Shown piece by piece: positions 1-12,505 of a stretch of 64,000 bases of DNA. Numbering within the stretch: position 1 is the stretch's first letter; every line of letters begins with the position of its first letter. Position numbers and translations under genes: made by a program. Below the pieces are notes generated by a model. The model saw nothing but the letters and a program-made list of their open reading frames with translations, did not search any database and was not told the DNA's origin. The stretch comes from Azolla caroliniana (Eukaryota > Plantae > Polypodiophyta), in the NCBI GenBank assembly GCA_043228905.1, contig JBHGNT010000010.1, forward strand, positions 11,222,001 through 11,286,000, read 5' to 3'.

Positions 1-2682
1 ACTGACATAAAGTTATGAACTTTGGAGTGAACTAAAATATCTATGAACCACTTCACTTTATTAATGACATTATGAATCACTAATTCTCCTTTTTAATTAA
101 GCAAATAGGATTTTATTTATCCATCATAACCCTCCCACACGCGCACATAGAGAAAAAAGTGCATGGTTTTGATTCACATTCTTGTTTTCTGACAATAATT
201 GCTTTTCTACATTTTATATGTAGACTTGAAATCGATGTTAGTGGATTTTGCAATTGTATGAAAATTTCTCACAAATATCTCAACTTGACATGCTAGGACC
301 TATGATTCCATAGTGTGGAGATTGATTGATGTTCTCTGTGAATAGTTGTGAATGTTTAATTAGATCTAATTTTCCAACTTTTGTCAATGTACTTCCATCT
401 CTTTTTGATGACTTTTTATTTATTAAGGACAAGATATGAGCAATGGGACGTCTTGGAGATTAGTGTCCCAATCAACAACTATCCAGTTACTTTAAGGGTA
501 TGATGAGTACTTCATTATAGCATCTCCATCATTTGGTTTTTTATCGAGAGATACCAACGTATAGTTAGTCCTATACTCTATAATCCATTCTGATATAAAA
601 CATGATTTGCATGGAAAAAATTACTACATTTGTTGAACATGATAATCTCTTGGTTTTGTATTGTTTAGTTGAATAAGGTAAAACTAGAAAAACCCTCAAG
701 TATAAATGTTCTCTTGGGTGCCTCTAAGTAGAGTGTTATACTTACACATCTAGATGATATGAGAAATTGTGTACAATTTGTATTGGGTTGCTTCCATAGA
801 TTGATACATTGTCACATGCAAACATATCACAAATGGATTTTGTGACTTGCCAATGTATGGTAGTTCAAGCACCTGGATACCATAGTTCCTTAAGACTCCC
901 TTGGTAATACCTTTCATACGCTTGATTTAAAAGAAAGATCAAAGTACAACGTTTCTAATATTTCATGTTTCATGAGATAATAAGTCTTGTTTGCCTTCAT
1001 AATTTAATTTTCATTTTGATCAATTATTTTTGAAATGATTTATTTTTTCCAAAAAAAGACCTACATTCCCATTAGTTTGGAGAGATTATTACAAAAGGAT
1101 ATACAAGGTGGCTTAAGGCTATGCAAGGTGGTTTATATAATAATTATTATTATTATATTTTGAAATGTTATTTTCATGAAACCATATATGTACTCATTAG
1201 AAAAAGGCATCAAAGTGCCTGATTAGATTATACTCAATGCGTTCCTATGTTCCTATTTACATTTTACTTGTTTTCATCTTCCAATGTTCACTCCAACATT
1301 GTCAAGAGTTGATCAAATTTCCACATCTATATGGAAACAATATACATGTGCACTTGGCATTGAACTCTATCCAAATGTTTGGGTGAATTAAATTGGTCAA
1401 ACCCTAAGAGTGTTGAACTAGCTGTAGGTATTTCAACTTTGTAACAAAAACTTCTTTTCACCATCATTATGAAAGTAACACTTTTGTAGAATTTGGTCAC
1501 TTTACCTATAAGTAAAATGTTGATGGGGTCATAACAAATCCACCACTTTATTATGTACAAGGAAAATGTTGATAGGGCTCATAACAAAATTCACATATTT
1601 AGTTTCGCGATTAGCCAAGCCAAAAATTGCGTCAATCACATTCTCATTTTGATCGGATTCCTCTAAATGAACTTGGGAAAGCATACTTGAACGTTGTATT
1701 ATGTTGAGTTGGGGGCTTATTGAGGCTAGATATGGCTAGGTTAATTAATACTAAATAATTTATTATTCTCCAACTCATATTGATTTGCCTAACTCATTGA
1801 GTAAATGTAACATACAACCATACAAAAAGTAGCATCTTTGGCACTACCAATATTTAGCTATATCTTTGATTCATCACTTCATCACACAAAGTTCACATTT
1901 TAATAGCAAAGGATTTGATGGGGCCTTTCTAACTATGGGTATGTCTAGTACTTTCAAGTTTCATGTCCTAAGAAATGAATTGTGAGCGGCAAAATGCCTT
2001 GTTTTAAATTGCGTTGCTTGACCACCCTTTATATATTCCCACTAAATATAATATTTTCGCATGATATTAAAATATGCATTCCATGTCAATAAGTACATCT
2101 ACTTTACAGTGAGATATCCACGTGAACTAATTCCTCAAGAAGCAAGACATTTGCCCCAAACCTTTTGAGGCATTATTACACCTAAAACAATCATTAAATT
2201 TAGACATGGTTATTAGACGAACTCCACAATAAGTTTGGACCTATATTGTATCATATGCAAGGTTGACATGTCAACCATGTTCCCATCTCAGTGAACACTA
2301 GAATTAAGTGTAAAGTGCAACTAGTGTTTCTCAAGACAAAACATACTTTGAAGGGTCAGCATTTGTGCAAAGAATCCACCTTAATCTCTCACTTAGGCAT
2401 TGAGTAGAGTTATATTGAATTGAACAAGGAATACCATTGGGTTGAAATCAGTGTGAGCCAAACCTCCATGATTGGAGTTTCATGAGAATTTCCCACTAAA
2501 AATGTGACGTGACCTATTATAAATGATCCATGTTTTCCATACATCCATACATAGTTCTTGGCTCTAGCCATACTTCCCATTCGTGCCATACACCAATATT
2601 CGTATCATACTCATACTTGAGAAGGCTCAGAGTATGATTGAAATCCATATGCGATACATAGATATGTACATACAGTGTACAT

Positions 2683-2764
<82 letters not shown>

Positions 2765-2783
2765 TTCTTCTTCTTCTTCTTCT
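2683..2783. repeat. Compound microsatellite (TG)n-(AG)n-(TCT)n
   Basis: Directly visible TG, AG and TCT runs immediately upstream of the 2802 ORF. Confidence 0.95.
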
Positions 2784-2801
2784 ATTATGTGTTTTTTGTG
2801 A

Positions 2802-3308
2802 ATGAATTGCTATTGGCCATGGGCCATGGTAGAAGTTCCTCCTCCTCCATATCCCCCACCCCAGCCTCAAACTCAACCTCTCAGAATCCATCTAAGCCAA
2901 CCAGCGCGTGAGAAGACCCCATTGATCGTCTCTTGCCATGTTGAGCGGGATCGTGTTATGGATGTTTTTAGAGCTACCATGTCCCGACTAGTTCCTCCCA
3001 AGACCATTGCCCTCTCCACTATGCAAGATGCTCTGAAACCTCAGAAACAAACTGTTCTTCACCAAGATGGGAATCAGCTTTTGGAAAATGGCATTCGAAC
3101 CCTGTTTCGCACTCCTCAGAATTCTGTTTCACTCCTCACTGCTCAGACTTCAGTTCCGGATGAATATCAGAAAAATAAACCCAAAAAGAAAAAAATAAAT
3201 CCAAACGATTGTCGCGCATCATACGTGAACATATGCAAACGTTTGCATACGTCCACCAAGTTGGACGTACGCCAATACATATTAGGAACTATGCATCCAT
3301 ATAGATAA
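2802..3308 (+). CDS. Putative small orphan protein (168 aa; Pro-rich N-terminus, KKKK basic patch)
   Basis: ATG-initiated ORF, more GC-rich than the AT-rich flanks, preceded by a UTR-like microsatellite; no recognisable domain. Confidence 0.3.
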   Translation: MNCYWPWAMVEVPPPPYPPPQPQTQPLRIHLSQPAREKTPLIVSCHVERDRVMDVFRATMSRLVPPKTIALSTMQDALKPQKQTVLHQDGNQLLENGIRTLFRTPQNSVSLLTAQTSVPDEYQKNKPKKKKINPNDCRASYVNICKRLHTSTKLDVRQYILGTMHPYR

Positions 3309-4320
3309 AATACTTTGAAGAAGAAAAAATAAATTATAAATATATAAACGCAAAAGACTATAAGGATGGCCTTTAACAATGCAAATTAAGGATGCCTTCA
3401 CATTCACACCTTCCAATTGCTTGCACCTCAAATACGTTACCATAACCAATTAGACAGGAAACAAAAGTCGGCGTTCACCCACATCATAATATTTAGTCAC
3501 ATCAAACTAGCAATAATGATTTAGTTAACGAGTACAATTACGAAGAACATCTTTCCAATTCATACATATATTTTTGACATTGTGCAAACCTAATTCTTAA
3601 CTCTAGTAAAAATATGACTACTATTAGATAACGTAATGTGAAACGTGTGATGTTGACCATAGGATCTTGAGGAAAGGTAAAAAGAAAACAATATATTGTT
3701 ATACATTACTTCAAAGTCGTATGTCTCATTGCAATAAAGTTAGTCTTGGTCTTCTAGACATATTCTATTACAACATGACATGCAACTGACTCTTATATAT
3801 TACAAGTCATATGGTAAAGAGTGTATTGCATAAATGTTCTACAAACAAGAATCTTTATCTTGTTTCATAATAGTTGTCATCTTGTCTTGGATCCTAAAAG
3901 TGTTATGTTGCTCGAGTCACGAACAAGTTATCCATTCAGAAAACCAGCAATGACACTCGTAATCATATTGGATGTTTCTTCATCTAACATTTGTTTATTA
4001 TCAACTTGCCAACAAGTTTGAACTAAAAGGTTGTGTTTGTAAAAAGGTAACAATATCCAAATAATCCATGACCTCTAACATGATGCATTGCGTGCGTGCG
4101 TGTATACAATAATACAACATACATTGTGCAAAAATCATTATTAAATCTTTTTAAACTTTAATATTGACCTTTTTCTCGCTTTATGGTGGTAGTTTTATTT
4201 GGAATATGACATTCATGACTTTGTTGATCATGCATGTGCCATGGTCACATATGTTACTAGCTATCTTTAGATAATCATGCTTATGAAAGGACAAAGTTTT
4301 TCATACTATGTCAAATTAGG

Positions 4321-5104
4321 TGTAAAATACACATGACTTTATGTGGTTTCTTGTGTTATGTAAGAACAAGGGTGTTATGATGATCATTATAATATTTAGA
4401 CATATTTCCTTGTCTACAGTATGTGTTGACACTTGTGTCTTGGTTAGCTGTTGTGTATAGAGTTGGTAGAATGATACGGAAGTGTGCATGGATCTTGTAA
4501 TGGATTTAGCAAGCAAGAGATATGAAGGATAAAATGGTACACTATTAATCCCAGAGACCAAAAACTGAGAGAAGACAGTTATGCCATTTAAGCTCAAGAA
4601 GATTATTGTATAGTTATTCCCACCGAACTAGTTTACAATACACAATTCTTCATATGTGTTCACACGGAGAGTACAATGGGTAGAGTGGGATTTTAGCCCA
4701 ACAAACTCCCTTGTAAAAGGACTACTCTAATTTTTACAAAGAATTAGGGGTTATCTCCCTTGTAAACTTAAATTACAATTTGAATTTAAATTACAATTAG
4801 AATATACAAGCTGGTCGGCTAATTGCTGAATCGGCAGTAGTAGAGTTAGCTCGGGTCGATACTTTGATCCTTCAGCCTTCGGCTCTTCTGGTCGGCTCGT
4901 CCTCCTTCCAGATCCGCGATTAGTGTTGGGCTCCTTCTGCCCTTCGATCGGCGTTAGGCTTTTCGGCTCTTTCGGACTCAGTGACCTTTTTAGTTCGTTT
5001 GGCCCTTCTGATTTTTGATTCTTTTGCCGCTTCTTCTTATTCGTCTTCCTTGTGCTCTTCAGCTTGCGTAGTCCCATCTGTCTTGTTAGTGTGCTGAAGG
5101 GATG
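4321..5104 (-). mobile_element. 3' end of a Ty1/Copia element: end of pol, PPT and 3' LTR (LTR 4321-4703)
   Basis: Minus strand reads HPFSTLTRQMGL (like the Copia RNase H C-terminus HHFGALRTKMGL at ~41750), then purine tract CAAGGGAGTT followed by TGTTGGG at 4703; the segment ends ...TTTTACA at 4321. Confidence 0.6.
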
Positions 5105-5371
5105 TGTTGAGTGAGCAAGTTCAACATGGGCTGGACCAGCTGGACAAGTAGGTAGGCCAGACCGGAATCAATCCGGTTGGCTAGGCCCACTTCGGCTGAT
5201 AAGCCTAAGCTCCGGATTGGGTTCCGGATCAGATGTCCGGATGATGGAGTGGTTGAGGAAGCCATTCGGAACGCCACATGTGCCGAGTAGACCTATTTTA
5301 TTAAGTAGGTCCAACGTAGGCAATTAGTGTCGAATGCTCCCTTAAGAGCATTGAAGTACATGTCAGTACTT
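5105..5371 (+). mobile_element. Truncated Copia LTR (same family as LTRs at 14336, 39951, 44216, 51691)
   Basis: Starts TGTTGAGTGAGCAAGTTCAAC and contains GAGCATTGAAGTAC.TGTCAGT, both shared with the C1 LTRs. Confidence 0.7.
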
Positions 5372-5693
5372 GGGTCAGAGCACACTACGGTGTACCAACT
5401 TTTGACCAAATGTTTAGTGCTAATTCTATGAGGAGGAAAAACTTAAAAATGTAAAAATAATCCAATATTTGGGTTTAAAAAGTTGATCATCACTTGTGTT
5501 AAAATTAAAAGTCACATTCAATGAAAATGGATTTCAAATATGAAAAAACATTGCACATCCTTCCACTGTTATGTCTGTGTCCAAGTGTCCCTCTTGTAGT
5601 CAATTTCATTCGAGGTTGTCAGTTCACAATCCTAGATAATGTTATACGGAGGTCTTAACTGTACAAGATCTCGAGTAGTTAGTCTGTCTCTCC

Positions 5694-5694
<1 letters not shown>

Positions 5695-5737
<43 letters not shown>

Positions 5738-5778
5738 TGGCTCAAAGTTTTATCCCGAACTGTCAGTTAGTCAGTTAG

Positions 5779-5858
<80 letters not shown>
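5695..5858. repeat. Two (CT)n microsatellites
   Basis: Direct observation of long CT runs at ~5697-5737 and ~5780-5858. Confidence 0.95.
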
Positions 5859-5863
<5 letters not shown>

Positions 5864-5866
5864 CTT

Positions 5867-6810
5867 TCCACTTGATGATTCCCTAGGTTCGTACCTCCTC
5901 TCTGTTTCACTCTTTCCTTCCCCCTTCCACTCGATGATTCCCTAAGTTCGTACCTCCTCTCTGTCTCACTCTTTCCTTCCCCCTTCTACTCGTTGATTCC
6001 CTAGGTTTGTACCTCCCTCTCTTGAGTCTCTCTCTTCCACCTTCTGCATAGGTTTCTCCATGTTCTCTGTTCACTCTGCAAACTCCATGTAATCCCTACT
6101 CATCGTGTCCTCTCTGCAACAACAATACGCTCGTTGTTTACCCACGTTCTCAGCAAACTCTCCACGTTGAGACCCATTTGCATCTTCCAGGTGTTCTCTG
6201 TTGGTCGCGTTCTCTCTCTCAGGTGTTCTATTGGGTCCTCTTTGCATCGACCTTTGCTCTGCTGGCTGCGTTCTCTCTCTCAGGTGTTCTTTGCAAACTC
6301 TCCTTGTCGAGACCCATCTACATCCTCCAGGTGTTGTTTGTTGGCCGTGTTCTCTGCAAACTCTCCTCGTCGAGACCCATCTGCATCCTCTAGTATCCCT
6401 CTGTTGGCAATGTTCTCTCTCTCAGGTGTTCTACTATGTCCTCTTTACATTGACCTTTGCTCTGTCTCATGTGTTCTCTGCTCACCGTGTCCCCTTTGCA
6501 TCGACCTCTGCTCTGTTGCTGGTGTTCCCTCTAACTCCATGTGTTCTCTGCTCATTGTGTTATCTTTGCATCGACGCCTTTTAATGCCATGTGCTCGTTG
6601 TGTTCCCTCTACCTGGTGTGTTCATTTGCTTGCAACCCGTGCTTCAAACGTGTCCCCTCTGCAAAGACTTCAACAACAACATCTGCAACCATAACGACAT
6701 TTGGTGCATGTTTTGCTATATGTTTGATTCTATCTGTAAGACTTCAACAACAACATCTGCAACCATAACGACATTTGGTGCATGTTCTGCTATATGTTTG
6801 ATTCTATCTG
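5867..6810. repeat. Clustered degenerate tandem repeats (~59-bp unit at 5867-6020; GCAAACTCTCC..GAGACCCATC..CATCC and CTTTGCATCGAC units at 6150-6580; ~74-bp duplication at 6664-6812)
   Basis: Repeated GATTCCCTAGGTTCGTACCTCCTCTC units and duplicated AAGACTTCAACAACAACATCTGCAACCATAACGACATTTGGTGCATG; probably the LTR/5' region of the downstream Gypsy. Confidence 0.75.
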
Positions 6811-7070
6811 TTATTGTCGTTTAGGGTTTTATTGTTGTTGTTTGTGTTGTTCTCCCTTGATCATTTGAGAGCTTTGTACATGCATATGCTTGAATTTGAG
6901 ATTCTTGTACATGCATATGTCATTTTCTACAGGTGCTTGAATTTTGTACATGTTGATATATTGAAAGAGGGTTCTTTTTACCAAGTAGTGGTTCCATTTT
7001 ATCGAATCATGTTAGTAGAGTTTTTTCAGCACAAGTTGAGCTTAGCACTTCTAGGTGTCATCAAGTTCTT

Positions 7071-9325
7071 GCCTCTGCTCTCTTAGATTCAGGAGTCAAC
7101 TCTTGTTTTATGGACAAAGAATTTGCTTTATCCGAGAAAATCCTATTCAGAAACCTCCCTTGCCTTGCATCTGTTGTAGTCATTGATGGAAGCCCTATTG
7201 CATCTAGGAATATAGTTGAAGAATCTGAGCGAATTCGAGTAGTTCTTGGTAGCTTTATTGTATGATTTCCTTCAATTTAATTAGTAGCCTTGAGCATCCG
7301 GTTACCCTTGGTTTGCCTTGGTTTGAATTTCATAATCCTGAAATTGACTTAGAGAGAAATCAAACAATCAATGATTTTTAGCAGAAACCTGAATCCAACT
7401 GCCTTGTTACTACCAACCGAGATTCAAAACCTCACCAAATCTCACCCATCTCTCTACAAATATTACGAGAAGACAAGAAAACAAATGAAATGTTTGTCTT
7501 TGCAGTAATGACAAACCCATCCTCTACCTCACAAGGGGCAGGTACTCCCCTCCCTATCAAGTACTTGGATTTTGAAGACATCTTCAACAAAGCTAAAACT
7601 AGTTCTCTCCCAGACCATCGGCCTTATGATTGTCCTATCGATCTACAACATGGGAAAGAGCCACCATGGGGTCCAATATATAATCTATCACCTTCCGAAC
7701 TCAAGGCCCTTCGAGAGTATATAGACAAGCACTTAGCAAATGGATTCATTCGACATTCGAAAATCCCTGCTGGTGCACCCATCTTCTTTGTCAAGAAGAA
7801 AGATGGATCTCTATGACTGGTCATGGACTATCGAGGTTTAAACAAAATCACAGTTCGAAATAGATATGCTCTACCCTTGATATTGAGTTTACTAGAGCGT
7901 CTTAGTGGAGCTAAAGTTTTCACGAAGCTAGACCTTCGAGGTGCATATAACCTTGTTCGGATACGTGCAGGAGATGAAAGGAAGACAACATTCCATACTC
8001 GATATGAACCTTTCGAGTGCACAGTTATGCCTTTTGCTCTCATGAGTGCGCCTGCAATTTTTCAACACATGGTGAATGATATTTTCCGCGACTTCTTGGA
8101 TTCATTCGCCATAGTATATCTTGATGATATCTTGATCTACTCGAAAACTCAAGAAGAGCATGACATACATGTCCACCAAATCTTCCAGCGCTTACGAGAA
8201 TATGGGCTCTATGCCAAACTTGAGAAATGTAGCCTTGATCAAAACCATGGGGAGTTTCTAGGGTATGTGGTTTCACAACAAGGTATATCTATGGATCCAT
8301 CCAAGGTTTAGACAATTCTAAATTGGCAACCACCTCATTCAGTGCGTGATGTTCAATGTTTCTTAGGATTTGCGAATTTTCACTGCAAATTTATCAAGAA
8401 TTATTCGAACATTGTGATGCCTCTCACAAAGCTAACACAAAAGAACAAGTCATTCACATGGAGTTCTAGTGCATCGAAAGCATTTGAAAGCCTAAAGAGA
8501 GCATTCACTTCTGCTCCGATTCTACTTCATGCTGACCTAGAAAAACCGTTTATCATTGAGGCGAGTGCATCTAATTTTTCACTAGGAAGTATCTTGTCAC
8601 AGACATGAGATGATGGGAAGCTACATCCAATTGCTTTCCAATCACGCGAATTCGAAGTTGCAAAGATCAATTATGAGATTCATGACAAAGAGCTTCTAGC
8701 CATTATAGACTCATTTGAACAGTGGAGACATCTCTTAGAAGGTTCTCCCACCAAATCATTGTTTACAATGATCATAAAAACCTCACATACTTTCAAAGTG
8801 CTAGAGTCTTGAGTCGCCGCCAAGCTCGTTGGGCACAGTTTCTAATACGTTTTGACTTCCTTATCACATATCGCCCAAGAGTACAACAAGGAAAGGCAGA
8901 TGCTCTCTCATGATGATCTTATTTGGCGCCACAACCAAGAGAGCCCACATTTGATCATAAAAAACAAGTCCTCTTGGGGCCTAATCGGTTACGACTATTA
9001 ACTGTTAATGTCTCTCAAGCATTTGAAGATTCAAGTCTTCTTGATTCAATCCAATCAGATATAATTTTTGATGAATTTGCTCACTATATATTGAATCATA
9101 TAATTTTAGATCGTGCTTCTTCTTCAAGCTCCAAGAATCCTCATAAAGATTATAACCAATTTAAATGGGATAATGGTTTACTTTTTCGTAACACTCTTTT
9201 GTTTGTCGCAAATGGTTCGTCTCGACTTCAAGTGATGCAATATTGTCATGACAACCCAATGGCCGAGCACTTTGGAATCCACAAAACTTTGGAGCTAGTT
9301 TCTCGAATTTATTGGTGGTCTCACT
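7071..9325 (+). pseudogene. Degenerate Ty3/Gypsy pol of Tf2/Tcn1 chromovirus type: protease, RT, RNase H, start of integrase
   Basis: LLDSGVNSCFMD protease motif; [38 protein letters not shown] (RT); FLGFANF, DHKNL, RQARW (RNase H); HDNPMAEHFGIHKT (integrase zinc-finger part); multiple stops and frameshifts. Confidence 0.93.
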
Positions 9326-9443
9326 GTTTTCCCCTTCTTCGGAAGCAACACCTTCAATTGTCCTTACGGAAATCGGATCAAGGGGTCATGGTACGCGGTG
9401 GAAAATTAGAATGTGCATGAGATTTGCTCTGCAATCAGTGCCG

Positions 9444-11691
9444 TGTAACGAAATGATCGACGTCACTTAGCTATAGGACACGATCTTAATTCAAGAATCA
9501 ACTTCTAAGCATGACCATAAACACATAACAAAATAGACTGAAAAAACAATATATATTTATATTATGAGTGGAGGAACAACGATACATGGCTCACGGCCGG
9601 AGTTACAACAAAAGTATGATCAGATGCTTATAGTATCCTATTCTAGCTAGGGGGGCTTCCTCTCTCCTTTGTTCGCTCCCCCTTCCTTTCATTTCTCCTT
9701 CATGTTTAATAGCTTTTCCTTTCCCCGCTCGGTGTGCTTCAGTCTTCCATCGTTTTTGGCTGCCCGTATTGCGGTTGTGTTCATTCGGCTGTATGCTTCT
9801 CGTTACTTTCTCGATTACGGTTGCCTTCACCTACTTTGCCTACCTCCAAATTCGTTTCACACTTAATGACAAAAATTGTCCCACAGACAACACCTGGCAC
9901 ACATGTGGGACAGTGCCTTTGCACTTCGAACCCACAAAAAACCAACAAAATAAAAAGAGCAGTAAATTGGCTATGGTATGCTCAGCCTTCTATCAAAATG
10001 TCGAGAATGCCTTTGGAGATTGGGTGCATGGTTGTGTCCTCCGTCGTAGCCGCCGATATAGCTGGTTCCGGCTCGTTATATGGGGTTTGCTCGGCCGAAA
10101 CATCGAGCTCGTGGTCGATATCTGTCCTCGTTGCTAGTGGGGTGGGGCTTCCTCTTCGTGGTCTGGTTGACGTGTCATTTTCGTGAAGGCCCGTTCGGTT
10201 TCCAGCATAAGTAGCAATTGGTTGTCGTTGAATTCCTCAAGGAGGCTTTTGATTGCAGTGGTGTGCGTTTTTGCCAAGGCTTGGAAGTCCTTGGTGACGT
10301 CTTCTCAAACCATTTGTATACTATTTTTGTCCATTTTGTAGAAACCGTGATCTTCTTTCTTTGGACTCTCGGCGTCAGCCCGTAACACCTGGAGTTCGGC
10401 AGCTTGAGCCAACCATTCCTTCCAGCCACTAGCAAGAGTCTCTTTGACCTTCCGGTTGAGCATCTGTTGTTGTTTGAACACCAAGGCGTGGAGTCGTTCC
10501 TCACGAATGTTGTACTTGGCTTTGAGTGCAACTGTCTCTCTTTTAACTTCTTCCAGTTACAACTTCAGTTTTTTTGTGATCAATTCACACGACGTGTTGA
10601 GGGCGGCAACCCTTGCCTATGTCTCGGTCATAAATTGGTTGAACCGGCGGAGGAGACGATCCGTGATGTCGGTTGATTCCTTCAAATACTGCTCGCGTTT
10701 CCTTTCGAGTTCCAACGCTGAGTTTATTTGATGTTCGTGAAGGGAGTCCGTTAGTTGGCATCCCTCCTGCTCGGTTTGGTTCAATTTTTGCAGGAACTGA
10801 TTGGAGCATACCTGTAATTCCACGAGCTCCTTGTTTAGAGATGTGACTTGTTCGGCAACGATATCTTGTATGGACTTAAGAGATGTTGTGACATTGTTTT
10901 CAGCCTCCTGGACCTGGGCCGTCTGATCGTGGAGCAGTTTCTGTAGTTCGGCTTCCCTCTTTGCGGTCTGCTCCTTTATCTTCTCAGCCTCCTCTCTGGC
11001 CTGCTCGTAACGTTCTTTGGCCTTGTCTGCAACTGCCTTGTGTAGGACGATGTCTTCTTCATAGTTGTGAATGGACGTGTTGATATCTTCCTTGATCTGA
11101 GTGCATACCGTCGCTTGTTCACGAGGGCTTGTTGGGTCGGTTTGAGCGGCTATATTGACCAGCTCGACGCAACTTGGTAGTTCCGTTTGGGTCGACACTT
11201 CGTGTGGGTTGGAAGTTGGAGGGGGCAGAGCGAACACAACGGTCCAATCGTTGTCATTCTGACTCGGATTCAGACAATCGTTTGGTTATTTGCACCCGAA
11301 GACTCAGAACTTGAAACTTGATTGACATCACAACTACCAAGACAAAAGCCATTTGAAAGTGTGTGGACTCGATGCTGGTCTTGAACGTAGTGCGGTAAGC
11401 CCACAATGCGATGTGTAATTTGTCGTCTCAATCCATTCGATGCTCGTTCACGATTTTCTTGAGAATGGTCTGTAGTGTTTTGTTTGTGGACTTGGCCAAC
11501 CTGTTGGCTTGAGGATAGTAGGGAGTGCTTTTCTTGTGAACCACTGTGTAATGGGAGGTTAAATCGCGAATAAGCCGATTGAGAAAGTGTCCTCCTTGAT
11601 CGCTCACCAGTTCGATTGGGCATCCAAAATGACTGTACCACAAATATTCATACACGAATTTAGCTGTTGACGCACCTGTGTTGTCGCGGAG
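9444..11691 (-). mobile_element. Gypsy remnant E (A/B/D family): 3' LTR 9444-9892, ORF2 remnant ~9985-11250, integrase remnant ~11300-11691
   Basis: LRDNT..STAKF..GCPIELVSDQGGHF..STPYYPQAN integrase nearly identical to A/B/D; coiled-coil ORF fragments; TG..CA-bounded LTR followed by the same TGGCAC..GTGGGA motif as A/B/D. Confidence 0.8.
9895..9937 (+). promoter_or_regulatory. Inverted tRNA-Arg(UCU)-type PBS at the PPT position of element E
   Basis: TGGCACACATGTGGGAC-[AGTGC CTTT GCACT]-TCGAACCCACAA, 2 nt from the LTR end. Confidence 0.7.
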
Positions 11692-12505
11692 TGTTGGCAT
11701 TGAACTAATTTGGTTCAAAATAATGCCTTGTGCCTCCTTTTATAGTGTTCTCAGGAGTACTCCTAAAGTTTCTAGAATTTTCAAGAGAAATTTGGAATAT
11801 ACATCATTTTTCCATAGTAAAACTTAAATGAAAATAATATTCTTTGTATTACAACTTATAGTCTAATGGTCAAGAGCTCGACCCATGTAACATAATGTCA
11901 TGTGTCAAGTCTTGCCATATCATGACATCAACTGTCTATTTGATTCAGTTCGTACTCTTCCCATCTGGAGGGACCTATTTTCCCAACAAACTCCCCCTTC
12001 ACTTCGGCATGGGGTACATCATCAATCTGACTCTCTGTCGGCATGCGTCCAACTTTTCGGCCGACAACACCTTCGTAAGCATGTCCGGCCTGTTGTCGTT
12101 TATGTGGATATTTACTAGAGCAAAATCATTTTCTTCTTCTCGCTCTTGGATCCAATGGTTCTTTGGATGTGCTTGGTCCTCGAGTGGTAGGCAACATTCT
12201 TTGCAAGGTTGATGGAACTTTGGTTATCATAGTGGAATTAGAATTCCTCCTACCGAATGCCCAACTCTCCGATGAACTCCTTCATCCATATTATCTCCTT
12301 GTCGGCTTCCACCGCGGCCATATACTCGGCTTCTGTGGTTGATAGTGCCACAGCCTTCTGCAGCCTGGACTGCCACAAAACAACTTCCTTGCATAAGTCA
12401 TCACGTATCCGGACATGGATCAACTGGTATCCACATCAGCATACATGTCCGAATCTGTAAAGCCTTCTAATAGGGGTTTGCCTGAGTCGAATTTGAGGCA
12501 CACAC
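11692..12505 (-). mobile_element. Copia 3' fragment (Tnt1/Tork-like RNase H, PPT, 3' LTR 11692-11988) inserted into the integrase of E
   Basis: AVALSTTEAEYMAA..KEIIWMK and DMLTK motifs; PPT GAAGGGGGAGTT directly before TGTTGGGAAAATAGGTCCC; TATA CTATAAAAGG in the LTR; LTR matches the one starting at 63893. Confidence 0.82.

Noticed and set aside
1-2500. Possible decayed DNA-transposon coding remnants
   Set aside because: AT-rich, no convincing motif or terminal repeats; only a short local duplication at ~1515-1595
6134-6824. Cys/Leu/Ser-rich ORFs
   Set aside because: Translations of CT-rich tandem repeats
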